Shown here one piece after another: positions 17,983 to 28,800 of a stretch of 64,000 nt of DNA. A program made the position numbers and the translations under genes. This DNA is from a virus. Lineage: Duplodnaviria > Caudoviricetes. Every line of letters starts with the position of its first letter. Positions within the stretch are counted from its first letter, which is position 1. Under the pieces are notes generated by a model that was not told the DNA's origin, searched no databases, and saw only the letters and a program-made list of their open reading frames with translations. Location of the stretch: the IMG/VR virus record IMGVR_UViG_3300037067_008087, positions 1 through 64,000 of that record. One strand, given 5' to 3'.

Positions 17983-19278
17983 ATGTTAGAAAAAATACCA
18001 CCACAAGCAATAGACATTGAAAAAGCTGTCATAGGCGCTATTATAATTGATAGTAATGCCATTTATGATGTGGTTGATGTGTTGAAGCCGGAGTCCTTTT
18101 ACGCTCCGGCTAATCAACTAATTTATTCTGCTATTTTAGACTTGTACCACAAGAACAATCCTATAGACCTACTTACTGTTACTGAACAATTAAGAAAAGC
18201 AGGTAAACTTGAAGAGGCTGGGGGAGCCGTATATGTAACGGGAGTAACATCTGATGTGGTAAGTACAAGGCATTTAAGGGCTCATGCTGCTATTGTGGCA
18301 GATAAAGCTATAAAAAGGGAATTGATAGCCATTAACACTGAACTTCATGATGCTTGTTATGAAGACGAAGAGGATGCAGATGATATTTTAAACACGTTAG
18401 AATCTAAACTTTTATCTATATCTATAACTGGTAAAAGCAAAGGCCCTTCCACTATAAATATAGGGCTTAAAAAAGCGGTTGTAGACATAGAGGGATATAA
18501 AAAAGGCACACTAGCTGGGATTAGAAGTGGGTTTTATAGGTTAGACAAACTAACTGGTGGTTGGCAGAAAAGCGACCTCATAATAATAGGGGGCAGGCCT
18601 TCGCAGGGTAAAAGCCTTTTGGCAATTAAACATATAATGGAGTGTGGAGTGCCATCCCTATTCTTTTCTATAGAGATGAACCAAACAGCCATATCTACGC
18701 GCATGATATGTATGGAGTCAGGGCTTGGGAGTGATGATATAAGAAGAGGCCTTACTGATGATGAATTGGGTCTTGTAGACAGGGCTATATCTAAACTTGA
18801 AAAACTGCCAATTCTTATTGATGACACTCCGGCTATTCACATAACAGAACTTATAGCCAAAGCGAGAAGGGCTAAGTTAAAGCATAATATAGGCCTTGTT
18901 GCTGTTGATTATATACAAAGAGTGACGGCAGACAGGAAATATCGTGGTGATAGTAGGGCATCTGAAGTTGGTATAATTACGGGTGCGTTAAAATCATTAG
19001 CCAAAGAAATTGATGTCCCCGTTATAGCCCTTAGTCAATTAAATCGTTCTATAGAAAGAGGGGGCACACGTAAACCCATGTTATCTGATTTAAAGGAGAG
19101 TGGCGATATAGAGCAAGATGCTGATCTAGTTATCTTTGTCCACCGTCCATCATATTATGGTGATGACTCTGTGCCTGAAGATTCAATAATACTTGATGTC
19201 GCAAAACACCGCAACGGCAGGCTAGGAGAAATAATGATAAAAAAGACAAATAATTTCTCAAATTTATTGGATTATTGA
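17983..19278 (+). CDS. dnaB: Replicative DNA helicase
   Basis: KIPPQAIDIEKAVIG, Walker A GRPSQGKS, VDYIQ, ALSQLNR, LKESGDIEQDAD, KHRNG. Confidence 0.97.
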   Translation: MLEKIPPQAIDIEKAVIGAIIIDSNAIYDVVDVLKPESFYAPANQLIYSAILDLYHKNNPIDLLTVTEQLRKAGKLEEAGGAVYVTGVTSDVVSTRHLRAHAAIVADKAIKRELIAINTELHDACYEDEEDADDILNTLESKLLSISITGKSKGPSTINIGLKKAVVDIEGYKKGTLAGIRSGFYRLDKLTGGWQKSDLIIIGGRPSQGKSLLAIKHIMECGVPSLFFSIEMNQTAISTRMICMESGLGSDDIRRGLTDDELGLVDRAISKLEKLPILIDDTPAIHITELIAKARRAKLKHNIGLVAVDYIQRVTADRKYRGDSRASEVGIITGALKSLAKEIDVPVIALSQLNRSIERGGTRKPMLSDLKESGDIEQDADLVIFVHRPSYYGDDSVPEDSIILDVAKHRNGRLGEIMIKKTNNFSNLLDY

Positions 19279-19314
19279 TAAAATATTATTAACATTGTAG
19301 TAAATTTTAACATT

Positions 19315-19641
19315 ATGGAAAAGGTAAAAATTGTAGGAGTCTTCCAGAAAACATCAAAAAATAACAAGACTTATTATGAAATACAACTACAGGATGGGCG
19401 GAAAGGCACATCTTGGGACGCTGAGTTTCAGAACAATGTAAATAAAGAGGTTGCTATTGATGTAACATCAAATAAAAAAGGCGACATTACCTACCTTAAT
19501 TTCGCTTTGGTAAAAGAAAGTGCAAGCAGTGGAGGCAATACCGCATTAAGGTTAGAGTGTTTAAAACTTGCATTAGCTTATGTGAATGATGGAAATCCAT
19601 TTACTATGGCTGATTCATATTATGAATGGGTTATTAAATGA
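19315..19641 (+). CDS. Possible ssDNA-binding protein
   Basis: 108 aa, beta-rich, between helicase and nuclease. Confidence 0.4.
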   Translation: MEKVKIVGVFQKTSKNNKTYYEIQLQDGRKGTSWDAEFQNNVNKEVAIDVTSNKKGDITYLNFALVKESASSGGNTALRLECLKLALAYVNDGNPFTMADSYYEWVIK

Positions 19642-20441
19642 TACCAATAAACCATGATTTACAAGGTAAGCAGATAAACTACCTTGATAATAGAGCTTAT
19701 CTAAGCACTCGCGGAAGTTATTACCCAAGCGTCACAACCGTACTTAACATAATAGATAAGGGAGAGCAATACAGGGATTGGCTTATGTCTAATGGATATA
19801 ATGCTGATTATAAGATGATAAAAGCCCAAGAGATTGGCACTAAGGTACATGGCTTAGTTGAAAGGTTTAACTCTAACCCCGACGACACCATCTTATGTAT
19901 TGAATATGATGAGAATGGAAGGCCAAGAAACATGTATGACAAAAGAGTGTGGGAAATGTTCTCACGCTATGTTAATTTCTATGATAGATTTAAGCCTGAG
20001 TTATTAGCCGTTGAGCAGATTGTGGTTTCTGATAATTACCAATTAGGGGGCACTATAGACCTCGTTTTTAGGCTTAACGGGCTTATATACTTAGCCGACA
20101 ATAAAACAGGGGAGAACTTGCATAACACCCAAAGACTACAACTTGCCGCTTATGCTGTTATGTGGAATGAAGCATTTCCTGACTATAAAATAGATAAAAT
20201 AGCTATACTTCATCTTAACGCTAAAACAAGAAGCGATGGGAAGGCTGGTTCTATTCAGGGAAGAGGTTGGCAGTTAAAAGAGATAGGTGGCGAAAATGAA
20301 TACAATAAGTTATTCAAGGTATTCATGAACTCATACGATGTTTGGAGATTTGAAAATCCAAACTGGAGACCATTAGTTTTAGAATTACCGGATAGATTTA
20401 AAAGAGGAGACTATGACACAGCAAGAGAAGAATCAAATTAA
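19638..20441 (+). CDS. PD-(D/E)XK exonuclease
   Basis: YPSVTTVL, GTKVH, GTIDL...ADNKTG, QLAAYA. Confidence 0.85.
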   Translation: MIPINHDLQGKQINYLDNRAYLSTRGSYYPSVTTVLNIIDKGEQYRDWLMSNGYNADYKMIKAQEIGTKVHGLVERFNSNPDDTILCIEYDENGRPRNMYDKRVWEMFSRYVNFYDRFKPELLAVEQIVVSDNYQLGGTIDLVFRLNGLIYLADNKTGENLHNTQRLQLAAYAVMWNEAFPDYKIDKIAILHLNAKTRSDGKAGSIQGRGWQLKEIGGENEYNKLFKVFMNSYDVWRFENPNWRPLVLELPDRFKRGDYDTAREESN

Positions 20442-20576
20442 GGAAGCCAAAATGAAATATAAGTATGCCCTTAAACATAGAGATGTTTACAAAATCCAAA
20501 GAGACGAAATACTAAACGCAATAATTACATCCCCCACTCCTAATTGGGGGAGCCTGATAATCAAAGTGACATACAT

Positions 20577-21377
20577 ATGATCCATTTTTTTTGCCCCTTA
20601 GGTGGTAAAGCAGGATGGGATGATAATGAGTTAAGATATATGTTGAGAAGCCTTGAAAAGAACGTGGACGCGGAATTTGATATAACCGTGTATAGTGATC
20701 ATAACGTCCCGTGGCTTAGGAATGTAAAGTTTAAAATTATAGACAGGCCAAGAGACGGCAACTATGAGAATTTCTGGGACACACTTAATAAGATTTATTC
20801 TTATTCTGTAGCGCATCGGCACTCTAAAATGGACACATTCATTTATATTTATGATGATGTTGTATTATTAAAGAAATCTAGAGTAGGAGATTTATCTGAA
20901 TTGTTTAATGTAGCATTACAGGAAGATATTATTGATAACCAAAAGAGAAATAAAACGAAGCACGGACGTACTATAAAAAAGGCATTAGAGTTAACTAATG
21001 GCAAATACAACTACGAAACACACATGCCTAGACTATATCACGCCAATATAGTATTAGAGGTGTTTAAATTATATAACGTATTTTCATGTGATATACCGCC
21101 ATCATTCGCCACGCTATACTATAATCACTTAGACACAGCCCCCACTTTATTGAAAAACACCAGAAACAAAAGGGTTTCATTTTGTTTTGAAGATGAAGAT
21201 AGCACAGGATCAGTAACAGCCGTAAATGAAGGAGAAATAGATATATTTTGTAAGAATAAGATGTGGTTGCATTATAACGACAAAGGATTAAATTTTGCCC
21301 CAAATGGACAACAGATACTTAAGAATTATATAATGAAAATGCTTCCTAACCCGTCTAAATTTGAATTATATGTTTAG
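20577..21377 (+). CDS. Stealth-like sugar-1-phosphate transferase
   Basis: NELRYMLRSLEKN...VPWL and FIYIYDD resemble Stealth CR2; ATGA-coupled start at 20577. Confidence 0.6.
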   Translation: MIHFFCPLGGKAGWDDNELRYMLRSLEKNVDAEFDITVYSDHNVPWLRNVKFKIIDRPRDGNYENFWDTLNKIYSYSVAHRHSKMDTFIYIYDDVVLLKKSRVGDLSELFNVALQEDIIDNQKRNKTKHGRTIKKALELTNGKYNYETHMPRLYHANIVLEVFKLYNVFSCDIPPSFATLYYNHLDTAPTLLKNTRNKRVSFCFEDEDSTGSVTAVNEGEIDIFCKNKMWLHYNDKGLNFAPNGQQILKNYIMKMLPNPSKFELYV

Positions 21378-22293
21378 CGCTGTAATTACAACCATTCAGG
21401 AGCCAACCAAGGAGACGAAAGAACTTGTAAAAAAATTAGAAAGGCCGTTGATAGTAATAGGGAATAAAAAGACACCAGAGTATAATCTTCCCGGAGCCAA
21501 GTTTTATTCTTTAGACGATCAAAAGAAATTAGGCTTTCAGGTAAATAATTATTTACCAGTTAACTCATATACAAGGAAGAATATAGGCTATCTGATAGCT
21601 ATGAAGAATAAATCCACGGCTATATTCGACGCAAATGATGATGCAGCCCCCTGTGATGGGTGGGTTAAGAGAGATATAATATCTAAAAGCGTTGAAGCTA
21701 TTGAATATAAATGGACAAACGTTCTCAAGTGGTTTATGTATGACTTATGGCCGTCTAAGTTTAGGGTGGCGCGTATTAATATGTTGGATTTTGCCTTAGG
21801 AGACATCAAAGATGGCGTGTACCCAATACAATATGGGATGGTTGATGGTGATAATTGGGCTTTTAATGAATCTGTGCCATTAAGCGTTAGGGCGGGGAAC
21901 TGGTGTTTGTTTAATGGCAGAAATACATGGTGGTTCCCTAAGGCGTATCCATTGATGTACCTGCCGTCATATTGCAGCTCAACGCTTGCTGAAATATGGA
22001 GAAGCTTTGTAGCCCAAAGGTGTTTATGGGAAATGGGGCATCAAGTTTTGTTTTATACGGGGCACATGTTTAAATCAGGGAGACTCAGCAGCCCAGAAGA
22101 TATTGAAGAAGAAATAGACGGATACTCTGTGGATGACAAAATACTCAGTATATTGAGCAATTTATCGCTGAATGGCGATAGTTGTGATAATATGAGGGCT
22201 TGTTACGAAGCGCTCATAAAGGAATATATAATACCAGACGAAGAAATGTATTTAATAGATGCATGGATAAATGATATAAATAATTTAATATGA
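21370..22293 (+). CDS. STELLO/DUF288-like glycosyltransferase
   Basis: VITTIQEPT, LPVNSYTRKNIGYL, DANDD, IWRSFVAQRCLW. Confidence 0.75.
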   Translation: MFSAVITTIQEPTKETKELVKKLERPLIVIGNKKTPEYNLPGAKFYSLDDQKKLGFQVNNYLPVNSYTRKNIGYLIAMKNKSTAIFDANDDAAPCDGWVKRDIISKSVEAIEYKWTNVLKWFMYDLWPSKFRVARINMLDFALGDIKDGVYPIQYGMVDGDNWAFNESVPLSVRAGNWCLFNGRNTWWFPKAYPLMYLPSYCSSTLAEIWRSFVAQRCLWEMGHQVLFYTGHMFKSGRLSSPEDIEEEIDGYSVDDKILSILSNLSLNGDSCDNMRACYEALIKEYIIPDEEMYLIDAWINDINNLI

Positions 22294-23006
22294 AAAATAT
22301 ATCAACTGAATTTACGTATGATGATAAGATGCCTTTTGAAATGCGTATAGACCAAGATTCTAAATGCCCAATAATTTGCCATATAGATTGTGGGCATGGC
22401 GGGATGGTTAATGGGGTTTATCAAACTAATGGCAAAATGTGTGATCATGGAGACTTTGTGTTTTACGAGGGGGTTTTTAATAGGGTAATAGGGAAGGCGC
22501 TTGCTGTTAAATTTTATCAGGGAAACATATCTTATAATTTTACAACTACATCTAATTACGACACCCCTCTTCCTGAAAGAATAGAAAAGGTGGGGCGATT
22601 GGTGAAGCATTACAAGAGCCATAAACACATATTGCTATCATTACACGCAAATGCATTTGGGGTTGAGTCTACGTCTGGTTTTGAATATTTTACAACACCC
22701 GGAGTGACAGAATCTGATTATGCCGCCAATTTCTACTATCCTTATATCCTTGACTTAGGGATGAAGATGAGAATAAGCGCTCCTAATCCCAATGAATATG
22801 ACAAAGAATCAAGATTTTATGTGATTTTAAAAGGAGAAGAGGTGGGTTGTGTGTCTTTATTGTTTGAGGCTGGATTTATGACTAACAAAGAAGAGGCGCT
22901 TAAAATGCTAACTCCAGAGTTCCAAAATGCCTATGTTAATGCATTATATTTAGGGACACAAGATATCATAACCCAAATAGATGTTTACGGTAGTATAAAA
23001 AAATAA
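22290..23006 (+). CDS. N-acetylmuramoyl-L-alanine amidase (Amidase_3)
   Basis: DCGHGG, EGVFN, SLHAN, FEAGFMTN. Confidence 0.88.
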   Translation: MKNISTEFTYDDKMPFEMRIDQDSKCPIICHIDCGHGGMVNGVYQTNGKMCDHGDFVFYEGVFNRVIGKALAVKFYQGNISYNFTTTSNYDTPLPERIEKVGRLVKHYKSHKHILLSLHANAFGVESTSGFEYFTTPGVTESDYAANFYYPYILDLGMKMRISAPNPNEYDKESRFYVILKGEEVGCVSLLFEAGFMTNKEEALKMLTPEFQNAYVNALYLGTQDIITQIDVYGSIKK

Positions 23007-23010
23007 GAAT

Positions 23011-23553
23011 ATGAATAATAGAGGAGTATGGGATGAGTCAGAAGCAAAGAGCAGGCATGTATTCGACTTAGGATTATGTTTTGGGATAGCAGATTATATA
23101 TCCCAAAATGATACTATAGTTGATATAGGGTGTGGGAACGGCGCCTACGTGAAAGCATTAAAAAAAGTGGGCTTTGATATAATTGGCTTTGATGGCTGCT
23201 TGATAACACCTGAAATAACTGAAGGGTTGTGTGAGGTTTGTGATTTTTCAGAAAGAGCTGATATAGGTGTATATGATGTTGTTTTGTGTTTAGAGGTTGG
23301 AGAGCATATACCAGCTGAGTATGAGAATATTTTTATTGATAATGTTTGCCGCGCTACCAAGAAGTTGTTAATATTAAGCTGGGCTATAGAAGGACAGGGA
23401 GGGGACGGGCACGTTAATTGCCGTAATAATGATTATATTATCAATAAGATAGAGCAGGAGGGACTTAAGTATGATAAATTAATGGGAGATAAATTAAGGG
23501 GGCTTGCTTTCCATGAGTGGTTTAAAAATACAATAATGTGTTTTAAGAAATGA
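23011..23553 (+). CDS. Class I SAM-dependent methyltransferase
   Basis: VDIGCGNG, CLEVGEHI, GQGGDGHVN. Confidence 0.85.
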   Translation: MNNRGVWDESEAKSRHVFDLGLCFGIADYISQNDTIVDIGCGNGAYVKALKKVGFDIIGFDGCLITPEITEGLCEVCDFSERADIGVYDVVLCLEVGEHIPAEYENIFIDNVCRATKKLLILSWAIEGQGGDGHVNCRNNDYIINKIEQEGLKYDKLMGDKLRGLAFHEWFKNTIMCFKK

Positions 23554-24179
23554 TAACGGTGTTAATATGCGTCCACTCCCGTGATGACCTTCATGATAAG
23601 CTATTCGGGGAGGCCCTTGATAGTTTACTCGCTCAAACCTATAAGGAATTTAAAACAGTTATTGTGTTTGATGAATGTTGGGATAACACCTATAAGGTAG
23701 CCGAAAAGTTGACTAACTACATACAGGTTATAAAGACCCCCAAAACCGGATTATCAGACGCTAAGAACGAGGGTATAAGATACATAAACACAGATTGGGT
23801 TGCGTTCCTTGATGCAGACGACATGTGGCTCCCTGAAAAATTAGAGAAACAGGTTAAACACCTACAGAATGCGGACATTATTTCTACTCATTATTGGTTT
23901 AGAAAGATAGGCGATAAAGAGGAAATAACTGAGTCTTGTTTTTCTACAAAAGATTATGTCACTCATGATCAAATAGCCGCAAGGCTCCCTGTAGAGAATT
24001 GCCTCTGTCATGGTTCTATTCTCATGAAGCGCAGTATCTTTGATAAGGTTAAATACGGTAATCACAAGGGCATAGAAGATTGGGTGTTATGGAAAGACTG
24101 CCTTGCGCTCGGATATAGATTTTATCAGTTACCTGAAAGATTATATGTTTACACAACAAACACAAGCGTAGAAAGATGA
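23550..24179 (+). CDS. GT2 glycosyltransferase
   Basis: SLLAQTY, VAFLDADD, IEDW. Confidence 0.9.
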   Translation: MITVLICVHSRDDLHDKLFGEALDSLLAQTYKEFKTVIVFDECWDNTYKVAEKLTNYIQVIKTPKTGLSDAKNEGIRYINTDWVAFLDADDMWLPEKLEKQVKHLQNADIISTHYWFRKIGDKEEITESCFSTKDYVTHDQIAARLPVENCLCHGSILMKRSIFDKVKYGNHKGIEDWVLWKDCLALGYRFYQLPERLYVYTTNTSVER

Positions 24180-25261
24180 CGATACACGAACAAAAGGCTG
24201 AGACCATAATTAAGTACTCAAATAAGTACGGATTAGATACCATGATTGAGACCGGCACTTATTATGGAGACATGGTGGAGTCCCAACGAAACAATTTCAA
24301 AAAAATAATATCTATTGAACTTGGTGACGGGTTGGCAAAGAAAGCACAAGAACGGTTTGATGCTTATCCCCATATAAAGATACTTCAGGGCGACAGCGCT
24401 GAGGTTATTATGCAGCTATTACCAAGGGATCGTACATTGTTTTGGTTAGACGCCCATTGTTCCGGTAATGATACGGCGGGAAGTGATGAGGATAACCCCC
24501 TTATTCACGAATTGGAGGCGCTTGTAAAAGATAAAAACCATGTTATATTAATAGATGACATTCATGATAAAAGGCAGGACTTAGAGGACATAGTGGAGGG
24601 GATGATTGTCTCTTATGAACCGGGGATTATGGTTTTAGAACCCCGTGAAATAAGTAATGTAAATTTTTCTATTACCACAGCGTGTAATAGAAGTTGTAGA
24701 AACTGTTCCTATAACGCCCCGAATAAGAGCGTGAAACATCTTACAGAGCAAGAAATACGCCATGCTGCCCCTTATTTTAGTGGTTGTTCTATTACTATTA
24801 CGGGAGGAGAGCCGACAATACACCCTAAATTCCTTGAATTAGTGCCCAAGTTTGAAGAAATATTCGGACGCAAGGTGTCTATCGAGACTAATGGGTATAT
24901 GTTAAAAAAACATCCTGACATATTCAGGCACTTTAAGAATATCCACATTGCTAACTATATAAAAGGAGATTACTTTACCGCCAAAGAAGATAATACGGCG
25001 GTTATTAAGTGGTTTGTAAAGAATTACCCTGACATTAATGTATGTGTAGACGAGATGCGATCACACAGGGATAGAAATACTTGGGGCAAGAGGATTTGCC
25101 CTGCCGGGACTGCTATAACCATTGCGTATATGGGCGGGTTAGTATATCCATGCTGTATAGGAGATGGTCATATGGGCGCTATAGGTATAGGGCTGGATGG
25201 ATGGAGAGATAAAATACGTAATACGCCCCTTAATTGTCATAAATGCTTTTTCTCGCTATGA
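24176..25261 (+). CDS. Methyltransferase-like plus radical SAM fusion
   Basis: IETGTYYGD...FWLDAH N-domain; TTACNRSCRNC, TGGEPT, ETNG, C-terminal Cys cluster. Confidence 0.8.
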   Translation: MTIHEQKAETIIKYSNKYGLDTMIETGTYYGDMVESQRNNFKKIISIELGDGLAKKAQERFDAYPHIKILQGDSAEVIMQLLPRDRTLFWLDAHCSGNDTAGSDEDNPLIHELEALVKDKNHVILIDDIHDKRQDLEDIVEGMIVSYEPGIMVLEPREISNVNFSITTACNRSCRNCSYNAPNKSVKHLTEQEIRHAAPYFSGCSITITGGEPTIHPKFLELVPKFEEIFGRKVSIETNGYMLKKHPDIFRHFKNIHIANYIKGDYFTAKEDNTAVIKWFVKNYPDINVCVDEMRSHRDRNTWGKRICPAGTAITIAYMGGLVYPCCIGDGHMGAIGIGLDGWRDKIRNTPLNCHKCFFSL

Positions 25262-25893
25262 AAGTAATAAGTTATTGTTTGTGGGGTAATAACCCTAAGT
25301 ATATAGATGGGTTGTACCGCAATGTCTGTATTATAAAAGAGAAGCTCCCGGGATATAGGGTCTATTTATATGTAAATAAGAATTATTATATTGACATTGA
25401 TGGGTTTACGGTAATAAGAACCAATCATGACGGAAACTATCTAATGTTTGACAGATTCAGACCAGTCGGAGATATAACATATAGTAGAGATTTAGACTCC
25501 CCTATATTAGACAGAGAGATAGAGGCGATGAAAGAATTTGAGGCTTCTGATAAAGGCATCCATGTAATGAGAGATCACCCGTATCATCGCGCGCGTATTC
25601 TAGGAGGCACATTAGGGATAAAGAAGGGAGCCGTAAGGGGGATTAATAAACTAATAGATAATCATATTTATAAATACAATGATGAGTGGTTTAGCGACCA
25701 GATATTCCTAAATGACATAATTTATCCTATGGTAAAGGATAATATGCTTATACACTCATCTATTAACTTCTACACCGATGAAAAACCAACTCCCTTTCCA
25801 ACAGAGAGAGTGGGAGATGAGTTTGTGGGAATGATATTGCCGAGGGTTTATGAACATCATGCCGTATTAAGAAATGCTGAAAATATTATTTAA
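25255..25893 (+). CDS. GT-A-like glycosyltransferase
   Basis: KVISYCLWG, SRDLDS, MRDHPYH, ILGG, DQIFL; start set at MKVIS. Confidence 0.6.
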   Translation, partial: AMKVISYCLWGNNPKYIDGLYRNVCIIKEKLPGYRVYLYVNKNYYIDIDGFTVIRTNHDGNYLMFDRFRPVGDITYSRDLDSPILDREIEAMKEFEASDKGIHVMRDHPYHRARILGGTLGIKKGAVRGINKLIDNHIYKYNDEWFSDQIFLNDIIYPMVKDNMLIHSSINFYTDEKPTPFPTERVGDEFVGMILPRVYEHHAVLRNAENII

Positions 25894-28800
25894 TTTTCCA
25901 ACAAGAGAGAGGCCTGATAGGTTTAAGAAGAGTCTTGATTCAATCCTTAATAATTGCGAGGGCGATTTTAGGGTGATTGTTAAATTAGATAGAGATGACC
26001 CTACGATAAGCCGCTATTTAGCTCTAGTGGACGAATACCGTAATTATCCTATTATATGGAATATAGGAGATTCAAAAAATAAGGTTAATGCAATTAATAG
26101 AGATATATCTAATCTTGAATGGGATGTTGTTTTTTGTTGGGCTGATGATATATTTGCCATATACAAAGGCTTTGATAATATTATACGGGGTTCTTTTACA
26201 GACATAAACTCTTGGCCGTGCTTTTGGGATGGATACAGGAAGGATGATCTTATTACCATGTGCATTGTAAGTAGGGTTAATTACGATAGGTTCGGGTATG
26301 TATATTATCCGGGCTATGAATCCCTGTACTGCGACAACGAAATGACTGAAATAGCGAGGATTATGGGCGGGTTGAATGTTATACGCCATCCGCAAATAGT
26401 TAAGCATAATCACCCCGCGCTAAATACCAATGTGCGATTCGATGAACTAAACACTAAAAACGACAAAAGTTCTTCCGTTGACAAGAAGTTATTTGAAGAG
26501 CGTAAAAATAACAATTTTTACATAAACAATAACGATGAGTTGTTAGCCTTAAAATACCAGCAGGAGCCATTAGAGTACGAGGGTTTAATATACAAATATT
26601 TTAACCCGAAAAAGAAATTAACCATTTTCGAGGTAGGAGCCTGCCAATGTGAGGATACCCTGAAATTACAGAAGTTATTCCCTAATTCTGATATTCATGC
26701 GTTTGAGCCAATACCGGACAATTACAACAAAGGGCGCCAAAAGATAAGCGGCATCACTCTAAATAATATAGCTGTATCAGACCACAAGGGGGAAGATGAT
26801 ATGTATGTAAGCTCTGGGGCTCCCTGTGGCAGCGGAGAGTTTTATGGTAACAAAAGCAGTTCTTTATTAGCCCCATATAAACACCTTGAGATATTTGAGT
26901 GGTGTAAGTTCAATAAGAAGGTACGAGTTAAAGTAGATACTATCGCCAACTACATAACCAAGAAAAACATAAAGCACATTAATTTCATCCATATGGATGT
27001 TCAGGGGGCTGAGTTACAGGTACTAAAAGGATGCGGGGCGTTTATTTCTAATGTGGATATAGTGTTTTTAGAGGTGGCAAGAATAGAAATGTATAAGGAT
27101 CAAGCCTTATTGCCGGACATAAACGACTTTTTTATTTCTAATGGCTTTGAATTGATATATCAGAATGTTAGCGATGTTGCAGGTAATCAATTATGGGCGA
27201 GGATTAAATCGGATTTGCTATTTACTTCCATGCCAAAATATTGTATTAATCTTGCAAAGGAAGTTGACCGAAGAGTTGGCGTGGCTGGTGAATTTGAAAA
27301 GTTAGGGCTATCTATAAATTTCTATAACGCCATAGATGGCAAGAAGCTGGAGCCAAGTAGAACCATGACGGCGAATGAGATTGCATGCTCTAGGTCTCAT
27401 AGAAACATAATTAAAGAAGCAAAGAGGCAAGGCCTTGAGTATGTATATATATGCGAGGATGACATTAAGTTCTGTGATGATTTCTGGAAAAGAATAAGGC
27501 GCATAGAGTCTTGTGGGTTAGATTATGATATGTTATTTTTAGGAGGGCACTTTAGTGATAAAGAGGCTATGCCCATAGAATCATCCCCTACAATACATGA
27601 TAATATATATAGGGTATATAGATTAGCAGGGGCATATTCTTATATTGTTAAAAGTACCGCTTATGATAAAATACTTAATGCGCCAGAGAAATTTGCTATA
27701 GATGCTTTATATTGTTATTTTATTCAGAAACAAGTTAAAGCCTATGCGTTCATCCCATTCTTAACAACTTGTGCGCCTTGTTTCTCTAATATAACCGGGG
27801 TATATATGGAGTACCCCCATGTAAAATGGTATTATTCAAAAAAAATAGAAATGATTACTTATACGAAGTTAGGTAAAAACGGCAGGCTTGGGAACCAGTT
27901 GTTTCAAGTAGCCGCAGCTATTGCGATAGCTAAAGATAATAAAACAACGGCTAAATTGCCCGTTAACTGGCAATACCGTAATTATTTCAATGTGCCAGAC
28001 AAATATTTTGGAGATACGTCACCGGATTTATTGGTGAATGTATCAAATTATCATTATGACATAAGCAAACTGGAGAAGGTTGACTTTGAAAAATGCGTTG
28101 ACCTATTTGGGTATTTCCAATCAGAGAAGTATTTTAAAAATATTAAAAAAGATATCATAAAATGGTTCACGCCCAAGGTGGCTAGGTTAGATGAGTGGTC
28201 TGTTGGTATGCATATACGCAGAGGAGATTTTGTGGGTAATAAGGCTCATATAAACCTAAAGCCAGAATATTATATTAGCGCTATTGATAAGTATTTTAAT
28301 GACCCACGCTATAAGTTTTATATATGCACTGATGATCCAGACTATGCAAGATTCCATTTCAAGGGTGATCGGTTTATAATAGCAGATAGAACGGAACTTG
28401 AGGACTTTGATGTTATGGTATCATGCCAAAATCACATCTTAGCCAATAGCTCATTTAGTTGGTGGGGGGCTTATTTAGCACAAAGCAAGAGGGTTATTCG
28501 CCCCGCTAAATCTTTTAGGGGTGTGCTTGATCCTCTTAGTGAGAAAGACCTGTGGCAGCCTGAGTGGATAACCCATGAAGATCACCGGATAGACCTATCT
28601 GATGTTACTTTTATCACTACATTTAAGTACGATCACCCAGATAGGATAGAGAACCTTGATATATTTATGGATCAGCTTGGGGCTTATAAAACTAACATCC
28701 TTATAGGGGAGATGGGAGGGCAAATTGTAAAAGAAAAGTATCCTAAAAACTACGTAGACTTAAATTTTATAAAAGTCTTCCATCATACCCGCAGTAATAA

